A stretch of DNA of 64,000 nucleotides, from NCBI GenBank assembly GCA_964016885.1, contig OZ024746.1:95604001-95668000 (forward strand). Reading direction: 5' to 3'. The stretch comes from Eledone cirrhosa. Its lineage: Eukaryota. The notes under the pieces are model-generated. The model worked only from the letters and a program-made list of their open reading frames with translations. It did no database searches and was not told the DNA's origin. The position numbers and the translations under genes were made by a program. The stretch's first letter is position 1. Each line of letters opens with the position of its first letter. Positions 49,501 through 62,180 of the stretch are shown here, one piece after another.

Positions 49501-49674
49501 TGTTTATATTTTGTTTTTGTGTATGCAAAATATCTGTACACGAATATATATATATTAAAATAACAGATTAAAGTTTAAGCAAAGGATCACTGCTTTCACC
49601 CTTAACGGGCTCTTCTGAAACTAAAAAAATCAATCTGGGAACGCAGAAGTAAATATTTCGAAAAACGTTACACA

Positions 49675-49716
<42 letters not shown>

Positions 49717-52700
49717 TCATCATCACCGTTTTACGTCCGTTCTTCCACGCTAGCATGGGTTAGACGGGTTGTCCTGGGGCTCTCATACACAAAAAAATAG
49801 AATACACAGCAACCCTCCCCACCCCAATTTTACATATCAAAGTTAGCTTGGCACAAGTAATTGGAATTGAAAAGGTATACATACAGGTATTAAATTCAAA
49901 CATTCTAACCACCCTAAAACTAAAAACCCCATCTGAGGCCACAAATAAATTGCTATGGCTGTTGAGGGTGGCCTGGAGCATTGCCCCCCCCCCCCCCCCC
50001 CCCTTGTCCCTCATTAAATCCGGTGTTGCTTGTATTTCTCAAAAGCAACATTGGGTGTAAGTGGAGTGTATTACTTTGAAATGAAGATTAAATCTGAATC
50101 TCAGTTCTTTGGAGTGTTTATCTGAAATTAACCCATTTGATACCAAACCACCAGAAATCAAGCCCCTGGTTCAAGACTTTGTTTTTAAAGTGTTTATATT
50201 TATTTAAAAAAACCTTCTTCTTCTCTTCTTTTTCTTTTTCTTTTTCTTCTTCTTTTCTTTTTCTTCTTCTTTTCTTTTTCTTTTCTTCTTCTTTTCTTCT
50301 TCTTTTCTTCTTCTTCTGCTGCTGATCTGGCTGGATCCCTAAGCAAGAGACCAGCCAAGCTGATGGATGTTGTCTAACCATCTTGCTTGGGGTCTACCTT
50401 CATAATTCTATTTAAGACATGTTTCTTAAGTTACATCAGTGTATCTTAATAATTGTTTCTACTTTAGGCACAAGGCCAGCAATTACCCAGTGCATTACTG
50501 GTACTTAATAATGAAAAGTTATTTATATTACTAAATCCATCCAAAATTTTGATAATTTTCAAAACTAATTGATGCACATAGAGAGTATATTTCATTAGAA
50601 ATATGGTAAGAAAAGGGTTAAATAATATATCAAATCTATTGAACATAAAACAACACACATTTCTATGTATAAGTGTTTGGGTTGATGATGTTAATTCATG
50701 ATGAAGCATTTAACAACAATATCATTAGTTACAAAATTGGATTTGATTTATATTTATCAAAACCAAATATAGATATAGTTGTTCACAGTTGTATAAATAT
50801 CGTTACAAATCTTTACAGAATTAAAATGTAAACATTAAAATTACAATTAATTATTGCTAGGAACCTCACAAATATAATACACAAAAATACATCAAATATA
50901 AAACACAAAAAGGGGAAGCAAAAACAAAAACGACCATCAATATAGATATCAGTTTGTTATTTAATTCAGTGTAGATATTTTTAATGTTCCAAGTGAGACA
51001 GACAGACAGAAGACATTGTAAATTATGTTAATAGATTTGATTGAATATTGTGAATGCAATCACGTCTCCTGCTGGATTTTGTTTCTTTAAGAGAGATTAT
51101 GTTATCTAAGCAGTGAATTGGCAGAGTTGTTAAAATGTCAGATAGAATACTTTATGGTATTCATTCCATCTCTCTACTCTCTGAGTTCAAATCCCGCCGA
51201 GGTCAACTTTGCCTTTCATCAAAGCTAGGTCGATAAAAAAAAGTACCAGTCTAGTACTGGGATCGATTCTTCCTCTATATCTCTTTCTCATTTTCTTCTC
51301 TCTTACTCTATCTTGCTCTGGAAGAAATCTGCTGTACTCAGACCTGGAGAAGGATGGGCTCCCCCAGGCTTAAAAATCCCCAAGAAACGCCATATGTCAA
51401 TACAGTGCCCCTACAACTCTACCAGGATTTATGGGACCATACATACAAGATATATTTTATCAGTCAGTTTGTAATCTGGTACTAAACTAGTTTGTTTTTA
51501 TTCATGGCATGTTCTAAAACATGCTCTTTTCTTTTAAAAGTTATTTATTTTTTTTAAATGACCACTCCATTTTCACATACGAACACATATATTTCACCAA
51601 TCTCATTGAAAGGCCAGCAAACGTTTACCAGTTTATTTTAAGAGTAATTTAACCCCCTCATTACCATATTTCTGATGAAAAACACTGCCTATGATTTTCA
51701 AATAATTCTGAAAATAATTAAGAATTTGGACAGATTTTGTAATACAACTAACTTTCTCATTACTAAGATGATGTTTGGAATGTAACTTAACAAAAGCTCT
51801 TTCATAAAATTATGGTGGAAGGTTTTTAGAAAAGTATAAACACTTTGGAATAAACAGTTTTTAATAAAATACACTGCTCACATGTTTCAATTTATTTCAA
51901 ATAATCTAAAACTTGTAGGAATTTAATAAAATAACTAATTAAAATTATGATGGAAGATTTTCATATAAATACAAACATTTAAAAATGGGTAGTTTTAATA
52001 ATAATGTTAATTGTGTACAGTGTTCAGGCGCACTACAACTCATCAAAAGTGCATGTATAGACATAGAATAATGTACAAATGTCAGGAAAGTGAACAGTGT
52101 ATGAGTCATGATATAATGAAAATGATTGTGTACAGTGCTCAGGTGCACTACAACTCATCAAAAGTGCATGTATGGTACATAGAATAATGTAAAAATGTCA
52201 GGAAAGTGAACAGTGTATGAGTCATGATATATACAGGTTTGGTATCAAAAGGGTTAAATATATTACTGTTTGTGGTTAGTTACATGTTTTACAGCCGGGT
52301 CATTTTAACAATCGGACATTTATGCTGCCTTATTTTTTAAGGAACCATATGTATTCAAACAAAATATTATCTTTGCAAATGTTGAAAAAATAAATATAGA
52401 TGTGTTAGATAGTTATGTAAAGTATTTGTAAACCATTTAACCTTCAGCGTGCTCTATCGCCAGCGTGCTCTATCGCCAAGAGAGTAATCTCCCCTTAATA
52501 CATAATACAGTGTCAAGGGAAGCAATTCATAAAGAAATTCAGCGTACTAAAGATTAAAATCTAGCTACTCAATCAATAAAAAAACTTTTATTCTATTCAA
52601 ATCTTCCAAGATGTTTTGTAACTATTTGCTTTCATTAAATGTTGCTATTTTCAAGATAACCTTCATAAACTTCAATTTAAACTCAACTAGAAAGTCTGAT

Positions 52701-53809
52701 AAATAAAGAGATTATACTAAATTTACATATAAAATTATGATTCTGTGTTTTTACTTTTTTCATCAATATTAGCTTTAAGTCATTGAATATGTAGTTTCTT
52801 CTTCTTCGTCTTCATCACCGCCACCAACACTAACTTATTCTTTTCCTCCTCATCCTCCCACTTTATTCCTGAGAGAGTCGTGGGGGCAGAGTCCTCAAAC
52901 ACACCTTCCAGTAGGTCCTGTTAGAGGCAACCGTCTCCAGCTGATCTGGCTGGATATTTTGTGTTTCAATAAATTGTACCCCAGGGAAAACCGGCAGGAG
53001 ACCCAGGGGTACAATTTATTGCAGCACAAAATATCCAGTAGTAAAAAAAAAGCTGTACAATATACATGGCAATAAGGAAACAAACAACAAAAAAAAAGAA
53101 TGGCAAATAAGAAAAAGAGTAAGAAACAAGGAATTAAGCAACAGAAAAAAAAAAATGGAGAAGAAGAGGAAACAACAGATTCTACACCCCGGTCTGAGCT
53201 ATATTTCAGCTGCCCTCCGCAGAGAATGGCTAGCAACACCTACTGCAAAAGCCACTCCATCTCAATTGAATTTGAAATTTCCAGGCAAGACAAATTAGAC
53301 ACTGGGAGTAACTGATATCAGTCACTCTCCGACAGATTTGCAGTTGAGACCATAGCATGGGTTAGACGAGTTGTCCTGTTGTGGGCAATGCTAGGTCAGG
53401 TGACCATATCTTGCTCATACAGAACTGATTTTGGCTTGATTTCTCCAGCTGGATGCTCTTCTTAATGCCAACGTCATTTACAGTGAGTACTGGTGCTTTT
53501 TGTCATGACACCTACACGACCACTTTACAATGTGGGCTGGGCGCTTTTTTCCGTGTCACCATCATGACCATTTTACCATGTGGCTTGGAGGCATCACTGG
53601 ATGTATACTTTGGCCTGTCCTCATGGGAGATGTGAGGGAGGGTGGGTTGGTGGGTTGGTGCATACTGTATATATGCTTCAGCTGTGGCCTGTGCCCATGG
53701 GAAATTGGGTCTTCTGTATTACTGCATAACGCCAGCAGTCTCGGCCCTGTGTCATTGCCTTTGAGGGGTGCAATTGGGCAAGGTTGGCTTTTATCACTTA
53801 ATCCTTGCA

Positions 53810-54095
53810 AGCTTGCATGCTTCGATGGATATGTAATAGTAACATACGAGAACAGCGAAGCATAAACAAACTAAGAGAGAAACTAGACATAAGAGGAATC
53901 AAATGCTGTGTGCAGGAGAGAAGATTATGTTGGTATGGACATGTGATGCGTATGAAGGATGACAGCTGCATAAAAAGGTACAGAGTGCTCAAAATCGATG
54001 GAAACCTTGGAGTGGGGTGACCCAGGAAGACTTGGGATGAAGTGATAAAAGCTGACCTTGCCCAATTGCACCTCTCAAAAGTGATGACAGGTCTG
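53810..54095 (+). mobile_element. RTE-clade LINE 3' fragment
   Basis: MLRWICNSNIREQRSINKLREKLDIRGIKCCVQERRLCWYGHVMRM. Confidence 0.75.
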
Positions 54096-54223
54096 AGATC
54101 TCGGGTGATACAAGACCTGACTTCTCATGGGTACAAGCTGAAGCATATACACAGTATGCTCCAACCCACCCTCACATACATCTCCCATGAAGACAGGTCA
54201 AAGTAAATATATCCAGTGAAGCT

Positions 54224-54658
54224 CACACTGTAAAGTGGTCATGTAGGTTTCAAGACAAAAGGCACCCAGTACACACTGTAAAGTGGTCATGTAGGTTTCA
54301 TGACAAAAGAAACCGAGTACACACTGTAAAGTGGTCATGTAGGTTTCATGACAAAACGAACCAAGTACACACTGTAAAGTGGTCATGTAGGTTTCAAGAC
54401 AAAAGGGACCCAGTACACACTGTAAAGTGGTCATGTAGGCTTCATAACAAAAGGAACCCAGTACACACTGTAAAGTGGTCATGTAGGTTTCAAGACAAAA
54501 GGGACCCAGTACACACTGTAAAGTGGTCATGTAGGTTTCAAGACAAAAGGGACCCAGTACACACTGTAAAGTGGTCATGTAGGTTTCAAGACAAAAGGGA
54601 CCCAGTACACACTGTAAAGTGGTCATGTAGGTTTCAAGACAAAAGGGACCCAGTACAC
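54224..54658. repeat. 48-bp minisatellite, about 9 copies
   Basis: Unit ACACTGTAAAGTGGTCATGTAGGTTTCAAGACAAAAGGGACCCAGTAC, related to the internal repeat of SINE B tails. Confidence 0.9.
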
Positions 54659-54868
54659 ATGATCATTTCTGAAGACATCATGTATATGTGAAGGTATGTA
54701 TATTTCCTCTGATAGTTTGTAATATTTTTACATAGATCTATATGATATACATACCAACACACATATATATCCTAGAAACGATCGTAAAATGATGAATTTT
54801 TTAATATAAGGAACTTGTTCTTTATTTTTATTCATTGTTTTTATTAATTTATATATATATATATATAT

Positions 54869-55244
54869 ATTAGTAAAAGGAAAAGAAAATGCTGACAAAT
54901 TTTTCCCAGTGAAAATTAATTAGGAATAAGTATAAATTAGTAATAAGTATTGGTTAGTATTCAGTTTTAGTTTTAAGTTTTTACTGGTTGCGCATTTCTA
55001 ATGCTTTTCAAAAATAATTTTGAGATAGAGCGCTCGTGATGTTTGCTCTATTCTGAATAGAGCAAACATCACGAGCGCTCTATCTCAAAATTATTTTTGA
55101 AAAACGTTAGAAATGCGCAACCGGTAAAAACTTAAAACTAAAACTGAATACTAACCAATACTTATTACTAATTTATACTTATTCCCAATTAAACTATTTT
55201 TCACTGGGAAAAATTTGTCAGCATTTTCTTTTCCTTTTACTAAT
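54869..55244. repeat. About 375-bp near-perfect palindrome, 1-nt loop at 55054
   Basis: ...GTTTGCTCTATTC-T-GAATAGAGCAAAC...; the arms match with few differences and are flanked by (TA)n. Confidence 0.95.
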
Positions 55245-55286
55245 ATATCACAACTCGTGTGTCACACCTCTATTTTAAAAAATATA

Positions 55287-55321
<35 letters not shown>

Positions 55322-55367
55322 CAAATAATGGTAGTTAAGACGGGATTCATTCACATAATTGTTTATT

Positions 55368-55418
55368 GCATGATATATATTTCTGTTACATGGTTATTCA
55401 TGTGACTTCATCAGATGC
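55368..55418 (-). ncRNA. Type I hammerhead ribozyme downstream of the SPMAP1-like stop
   Basis: gcat-CTGATGA-[agtcacatgaataaccatgtaaca]-GAAA-tatata-TC-atgc, immediately followed by AATAAA. Confidence 0.8.
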
Positions 55419-55785
55419 TTACGCAACCATAGGTGCAGTTATGCAATTATTGGGATATCCCGGTGACCATGTATAACTATCCTGTAGTGATGTAGAATAT
55501 GTAAAAAAAAAAAGATGAGCTTTATATAATATATGGAATTCAGTTTATATTTCAAATTGAATAGTAGAATTATAAATGTTTCTAATATCTCTTCATCTTT
55601 ATCATTAAGTTTATTTCTAACAGTAATCCAATAGCCATGGAGGAAATTTTTGGTTGCTTTGTTTGTCTTCACTTCTTATAAAAGTTGAATAAAGCTTTAT
55701 AATAAATATGACACATACAAAGACATTAAATACAACAAAACAGTAATAAAAATCAGGTAGTGATTTGTCTAAAAAGAGATGTTTA

Positions 55786-55931
55786 TTAATATTTTATCTC
55801 ATCAAACACGGATGGTTGCATCCTGAGCTTGGGAATATTACGTCTGAATCCGAACATCCCATTGTATCCAATCATAGGTCGAATATCAGACATAAAACAG
55901 GAATGGCCACTGGTTAATTCTGTTGAATGAC
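55786..55931 (-). CDS. SPMAP1: Terminal coding exon of an SPMAP1/C17orf98-like (DUF4542) sperm/ciliary microtubule-associated protein; upstream exons not found in the window
   Basis: Minus-strand acceptor CTTTCTGTTTCCAG, then (G)HSTELTSGHSCFMSDIRPMIGYNGMFGFRRNIPKLRMQPSVFDEIKY*. This matches the C17orf98 C-terminus as I recall it (GHS....GH.....D.KP..G.NG.FG.RRNTP.LR...SVF.E). Confidence 0.85.
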
Positions 55932-56770
55932 CTGGAAACAGAAAGTGGGAAGAAATATTTGTGAAAAACATTCTGGGAAAATTTTGACAAAATCTGCATA
56001 AAAATGAGAACAAATGATTAATAAATTAACCCTTTACCATTTATATTACTCTATACATACTATTGTATTTTCCTGGTTAAGGCTTTACCTCACAATATTG
56101 AGATTTTGATATTATTTATTGTGAGAACAATACCTTGACATCAGTATGAATGGCTGGTTATGGTTGGTTTGAACAGAAAGAGGTGAGAAAATTATGGCCA
56201 GATACAGCCAGTTTAAATACTAAAGGGTTAAAACTAAAGATTTATCCTAATAATTATAGGCATTGGTGATAGAAGGGCATGAAGCTGTAGAAAACTTGTC
56301 AAGTAAAGGGTTGAGATGAGTCGTCAGTTGTATTAAAGACATGAAAACCTCCTTAACCTTTACGTTACTCTATATATACTATTATATTTTCATTGTAAAG
56401 GCTTTACCTCACATAATTATCTCACATAATATCGACTCTATGAGATTGTGATATTATTTATTTTGAGAACAATCTTATATATTTGGACTTTAAACGATAA
56501 TGATGATGATGATGATAATGATGAGTATGTCCTCACTTTGCAAACATCCTACTCACGTACTTCCACAGATATTAAGTCTCATAAAAAAAAAAAAAAAAAA
56601 TTGTAGGCTCTTTCAGGCCCTGGGTTGCTTCTTTTTCAGCATAAAAACCAGCCGAAACCGTACCTACGGTACGGGATACCATTGAAAAAGTACTTTTTTT
56701 CTTTAACAATTTATACTGTATATATATATATATCTATATCTATATTACATGTTATATAAACCTCTATATA

Positions 56771-56822
<52 letters not shown>

Positions 56823-57534
56823 CATGTTATATATACCTCTATATACTGTTATATATACCTTTATTTACTATATATATATCACTCATATGGAAACCTGCAG
56901 TATCAATGTAATATATATATGGGATTACTGGTATGTACTGTGTTGGATGATCAACTTAGGAACAAATCTGTAAGAATTATAAATAATTTGTAATGTTATA
57001 CAATTGTGAAAACTAAATTAAGAAACAAAACAACAACAAAATTAAAAGACAGTAAACTAGAAATTAGTAGCTGATGGCATATTGAATTAAGGGACGTAAT
57101 TTCATTCTTATTTTTTAATGTTCATTTCTAAGTTGCCTCCCTTGGATTATAAAACAAGTCATCATTATTTTTGTTAACTTTGCCTTTCATCCTTACGGGG
57201 TCGATAAAATAAAGTACCAGTAATACACTGGGTAATTGCTGGCCTTGTGCCTAACGTAGAAACAATTATTTTTGTTTTACAGTTTTTTGTTGTTGTTATT
57301 GTTGAAAGATAGAGTAGCTAGATAATCTTTCAGTTTATATATTCTTTTACTCTTTCACTCTTGGCAATGCTAGAGCACCATTATGAAAGGATTTAATTGA
57401 TAATATTGACTCTAGTACTCTTTTGATCAAGTCTGATCGATTTCTTTTTTTTTTCGAATTGCTAAATTACAGGACATAAACAGGCACACACGTAGATACA
57501 CATGTACACACACACACACACACACGCACACACA

Positions 57535-57570
<36 letters not shown>

Positions 57571-57991
57571 AATGAATAATATCAGTCTTGATTTACAGAA
57601 ACTATAGTGATTTCCAGAGGTTGACTGATGATAATGGACTAATCGTTTATCTCTTGTTTTTTTCTGTCGTTTTTGTCCTGTGCGCCATTATATATATTCC
57701 ATTGATATATGTATATATATATATAGTAAAATGACAAGAGGCCGGACTGGTGAAATTCCTTCAAAGACTTATAATTTTATAATAAATCTTTGAAGGAATT
57801 TCACCAGTCTGGCCTCCTGTAATTTTACTCAATAATAATTAACTCCGTTCTCGCACCACCAACAAGATTCAACATCGCAGATGGATGCGTTGCATAACGT
57901 TGAGTGCTTTTGATAATATTACATTATGGTTGACTATACGGAATTACCAGTTCTATCCAGTGGTGAACCAACAAACTTAAATATATATATA

Positions 57992-58216
57992 TAAAATACA
58001 ATATGTTGAAAAGGTAACACACTAGAGAGAGATATAGTGCGCTATCAATAAAACAGGGAAAGAACCACCAGTGTATGGAATCTATAACCTATTATCGTGT
58101 CTATAGTCTGCCTTTCATAGGTTATAGATTCCATACACTGGTGGTTTTTCCCTGTTTTATTGATAGCGCACTGTATCTCTCTCTAGTGTGTTACCTTTTC
58201 AACATATTGTATTTTA
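57992..58216. repeat. Fold-back inverted repeat, about 100-bp arms
   Basis: TAAAATACAATATGTTGAAAAGG...CCTTTTCAACATATTGTATTTTA. Confidence 0.9.
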
Positions 58217-58312
58217 AAGAGCTCAGGATTTCTTCTCCTTTGAGCACATTATTTACAGGGAATGGCGAGAGTCTAATGCTCCGTTAATTTATCGTGATAT
58301 ATATATATATAT

Positions 58313-58615
58313 ATCAAACAATTACAGGGGTAATTTGTAAAGAGTGTAAACACACTTAGTTATGGAGGAAACTTATTAAAAATTAATGAGAACCTTGAAA
58401 TAATGATTAATTTCCTTGGTATATATTCCATTAAAGATTGAACATCTATGATTCACCAATTAATGGTGAAGTATATTTCTTTAATGGAATATATACAAAG
58501 GAGATTAATCATTATTGCAAGGTATCTATATTCAAGGTTCTCGTTAAATTTTTAATGTTACCTCCGTAACTGTGTGTTTACACTCTTTACAAATTATTCC
58601 CTGTCAATGTTTGAT
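58313..58615. repeat. Fold-back inverted repeat, diverged arms
   Basis: TAATTTGTAAAGAGTGTAAACACAC...GTGTGTTTACACTCTTTACAAATTA, between (TA)n tracts. Confidence 0.85.
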
Positions 58616-58756
58616 GTGTTTATTTTATATATATATGTCAATTGACTTTTAATTTAATGTTAATAAATGCTCGGATTTATTCCTTGAGCTTCTACAGGTG
58701 ATATGGCGCATGTTTCTGATATCCTCAGACATGACATCTTCAATTTAATTTTGGTA

Positions 58757-58836
<80 letters not shown>

Positions 58837-58877
58837 CTATGTGTGTGTGTGTTAAGCATTTCCGAAGAAGATAACTT

Positions 58878-58942
58878 TTCATCTGATGAGCTAACTAGAC
58901 TATGTTAATATTGTCTAAGGTCCTGAAACCTTTGGTAATGGA
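58878..58942 (+). ncRNA. Type I hammerhead ribozyme
   Basis: ttcat-CTGATGA-[gctaactagac...gtctaaggtcct]-GAAAC-ctttg-GTA-atgga. Confidence 0.6.
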
Positions 58943-59082
58943 GTAGTTATATTGTGTTGCTTACTTTCTAATTATATATATATATATATATATATATAAG
59001 TTATTCCGGTTTGAATCGGAGGTAACCACAGTAAGTAAGGTACTCAATACATAGCAGAGTATAAAAGTTTTAATATAGAAGA

Positions 59083-59131
59083 GCTTCTACAGGACTAGAA
59101 CTGTTTCATTCGTGAGAAATCATCAGGAAGC
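59083..59131 (-). ncRNA. Type I hammerhead ribozyme
   Basis: gcttc-CTGATGA-[tttctcacgaat]-GAAACAG-ttctagtc-CTGTA-gaagc. A truncated inverted copy lies at 59321-59359. Confidence 0.8.
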
Positions 59132-59357
59132 TAGCTGTCCAAGTAAATGCTAGTATTTATGTCTTTCCTTATCTGGTGGTAGGAGAGGGTGGAGTTTGGG
59201 TTGGGTGTAGGTCATTGGTTGAATGACCTACACCCAATGAGCTCCACCCATCCCAATCCCCACCCTCTCCTACCACCAGATAAGGAAAGACATAAATACT
59301 ACCATTTACTTGGACAGCCAGCTTCCTGATGATTTCTCATGAATGAAACAGTTCTAG
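59095..59357. repeat. Fold-back inverted repeat carrying hammerhead sequence in both arms
   Basis: CTAGAACTGTTTCATTC...GAATGAAACAGTTCTAG. Confidence 0.9.
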
Positions 59358-59626
59358 TCACGTTGCTCCAGTTTACCTAGCTGTAGAAATGAGATGATGG
59401 GACTGGAGTCCCTATCATTCCACTGCAAAGTGTTTGTGGAGGTGCCACAACAAAAAAGCACCCAGCCCACACTGTAAAGTGGACATGTAGGCGCCATGGA
59501 AAAAAGCACCCAGCACTCTCTGTAAATGAGGTTGGTGTTAGGAAGGGCATCCAACTGTAGAAATCAAACCAGAATCAGTTTCCATCCCACTCTTGCAAGC
59601 AGGGAAAAGCGGATGTAAAATGATGA

Positions 59627-59673
<47 letters not shown>

Positions 59674-59980
59674 TGTGTGACTTAGTGGTTAGATAGTTGG
59701 ATTCGCAATCGTTGATGCGTTATGTTCTTCAGCAAGACACTTTATTTCAAGTTGCTCTTTCTGCCAAGAGTTGCGGCTGGTGGATAATATCAGCAATGGA
59801 AAGACCAATGGAAACATTGTTTCCTTGGTCCGATTTGACGAGGTCCACCCCACTCGGCAAGTGAATGAGGTCTGGGATCTTTTTGATCGATCAGAGCAAT
59901 ATATATATATATATTATATATGTATGTATATATATATATGTATGTATATATATATATACATATATATACATATATATACA

Positions 59981-60043
<63 letters not shown>

Positions 60044-60139
60044 TAGCACGGAAAAAGGACGTTAGATGATGATGTACATATATATATATATGTGTGTGTG
60101 TAGATAGATAGATAGAGAGAGGGAGAAAATTTGACCGTG

Positions 60140-60620
60140 GCGCCAAGTGGTTTTCGGCTTGTATGTTCAGCAAGCCTTTCAAGGGCATAGTAATTGAAAA
60201 GTTTTCTGCTATTCCGAAGAAACTGGAAATTTTCTTAAAGAGAAGTTTAAAAAAAACCTAACTTGAGTAATGCAAGATGGAATTGTAGAGCAATAGTAGC
60301 TCTTTTGGCTTTTATTCTTCTACCAGAAAGAAGAGACTTGCTACTCGAAATTTGAAGGTTCATCTCTCACAGATAGGCGGACCATTGGTTTACTGACCAA
60401 ATCTACAATGCAGATGATTATCAGAAACTATATAGCAGCTTAAAGGCTCACAAAAAAAAGCATTAAACTCTGTGAAAAAGTTTTGGAATCTAGACTCAAA
60501 ATTCCCTGAACAAATCAGCGTGAAGAAAGGGCAATCAAGTACCTTCAAGATCTTTATGACGTCTATAAAAAGAAAGAGAAAGTTCAGCTTAGATTTATTT
60601 TGTCTAAGAAAACACAATAA
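60140..60620 (+). pseudogene. Possible decayed DNA-transposon transposase C-terminal fragment
   Basis: Codon-like sequence with several stops, ending LKIP*TNQREERAIKYLQDLY...VQLRFIL; the N..ER..K pattern resembles transposase C-termini. Confidence 0.35.
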
Positions 60621-60711
60621 TTGTATATAATGCTATAATTATGCTAAATATTCCACATTCTTTTTCTTTATATAACTATTCTTACATGTAGATGTTAGTT
60701 TCTAATTGTAT

Positions 60712-60917
60712 AGGTTGCCCAGTACTTCTCGCGACGCTTCTGTCTTTTGCTCTGGTGTTGGCTCGGTTGTTCACCCCTTCTTTTACATTTTCTTTAATAT
60801 TGCAACATTAAAGGAATATATCCTTCTGAAAGAATCGTGAGCAATTTATAATGTTATCTAAGCATTTGTAATGTTATTTATGTATATATTTAAAGCATAT
60901 TTGTTATGTTATTCTAC
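60712..60917 (+). mobile_element. Isolated copy of the CRE element 3' UTR
   Basis: Closely similar by eye to 13580-13782 (AGGTTGCCCAGTAC...GTTATGTTATTCTAC). Confidence 0.8.
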
Positions 60918-61873
60918 CCCATAAATTTCTGCTTATTTCTAAGTTTATATGTTATGTTCTAGGTATAAACTGTTAAATGAGTTTAAAATAGATAAGTATT
61001 ATCCAATTACATCATTAGCAAATTGAAAAATAAAGCTTCTGAAATATGTTATTTTTTTACCCTTATGGCGTATATGGTAAAATTGAATGTTCAGTTCCGT
61101 GTGACCTTTTTCAAGAAATGAAACAAATTAATGTCTTTTTCATTACTTTTAAACAAAAGTTCATCGATTTATGACACAGGAGTATAGGATTACAAACAAG
61201 TCATAACCCGAATACAGACACGCACACACATACATACATCATACATATATATATACATAAATACCTCATACATACATCATACATACATACATAAATACCT
61301 CATGGTGGCTGTCAACTCGTTTTCGAGTATGGCCACTACTTTATATCCATGTAGGAGAAACCCTACCGATGCGCTGAACGAGTGTGACTTTTTAGTCCAG
61401 CCAGCGACTTGAAAACTCTGGTACAAACACTACACTTGTGACAATTATTGACACATAGTGCTGGGCCCATGGTACCATGTGATGACAAGTGCAGAGAGAT
61501 CTCCAGATATAAAGCAATGCCTGTGCAGTGAAGCTTTTATAGTGAGCAAAGGCACTGCACAAAGCCAGTCCCACTCTCTTAACCAAGATGATATTTACCA
61601 AAAAGAACAAGTCAACATCATTGGATACCATCAGGGTTGCAAGTGTTATATCAGAGTTTTCCTTCTCCTAGAATTCTGCCTTGACAAAGGCTAAGGGGTC
61701 TTCTCTCCCGGTGATTTTGGATGGCCATTTACTCTTAAGAGCTCCTTTGCCCCTTGACAGGTTTTGTTTTTAGTCCTGCAGGACATATGTTTATCCCGGG
61801 TTCAGTTGGGGGTAACCACAGTAAGTAAGGTACTCAATACATAGCAGAGTAAAAATATTTATTATAGAAATGG

Positions 61874-61920
61874 CTTCCTGATGATTTCTCCAGAATGAAA
61901 CAGTTCTAGTCCTGTAGAAG
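61874..61920 (+). ncRNA. Type I hammerhead ribozyme
   Basis: cttc-CTGATGA-[tttctccagaat]-GAAACAG-ttctagtc-CTGTA-gaag; same family as 59083. Confidence 0.8.
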
Positions 61921-61938
61921 TAATTTCTATATTAAATA

Positions 61939-62031
<93 letters not shown>

Positions 62032-62180
62032 ATATATATATATATATAAATGTAATTTAAGTTTTTCGAATATTAATAATAACATTCGATTTGTTTGCAA
62101 TTATGCAAACAAGCCTCAATTTTATAGTCATGTCAGTAGAATGAACACTTCATTCTTGCTCTTATGTTGGCATGCGAACA

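Noticed and set aside
49585-49622. Hammerhead-like CAGAAGA...GAAA on the minus strand; also CTGATGA at 3170 and 30166
   Set aside because: The core is mutated or lacks a properly placed GAAA and stem I, so these are not counted as ribozymes.
59771-60188. YI-repeat ORFs (also at 2706, 7560, 22584, 56749 and 61946)
   Set aside because: These are translations of (TA)n microsatellites.
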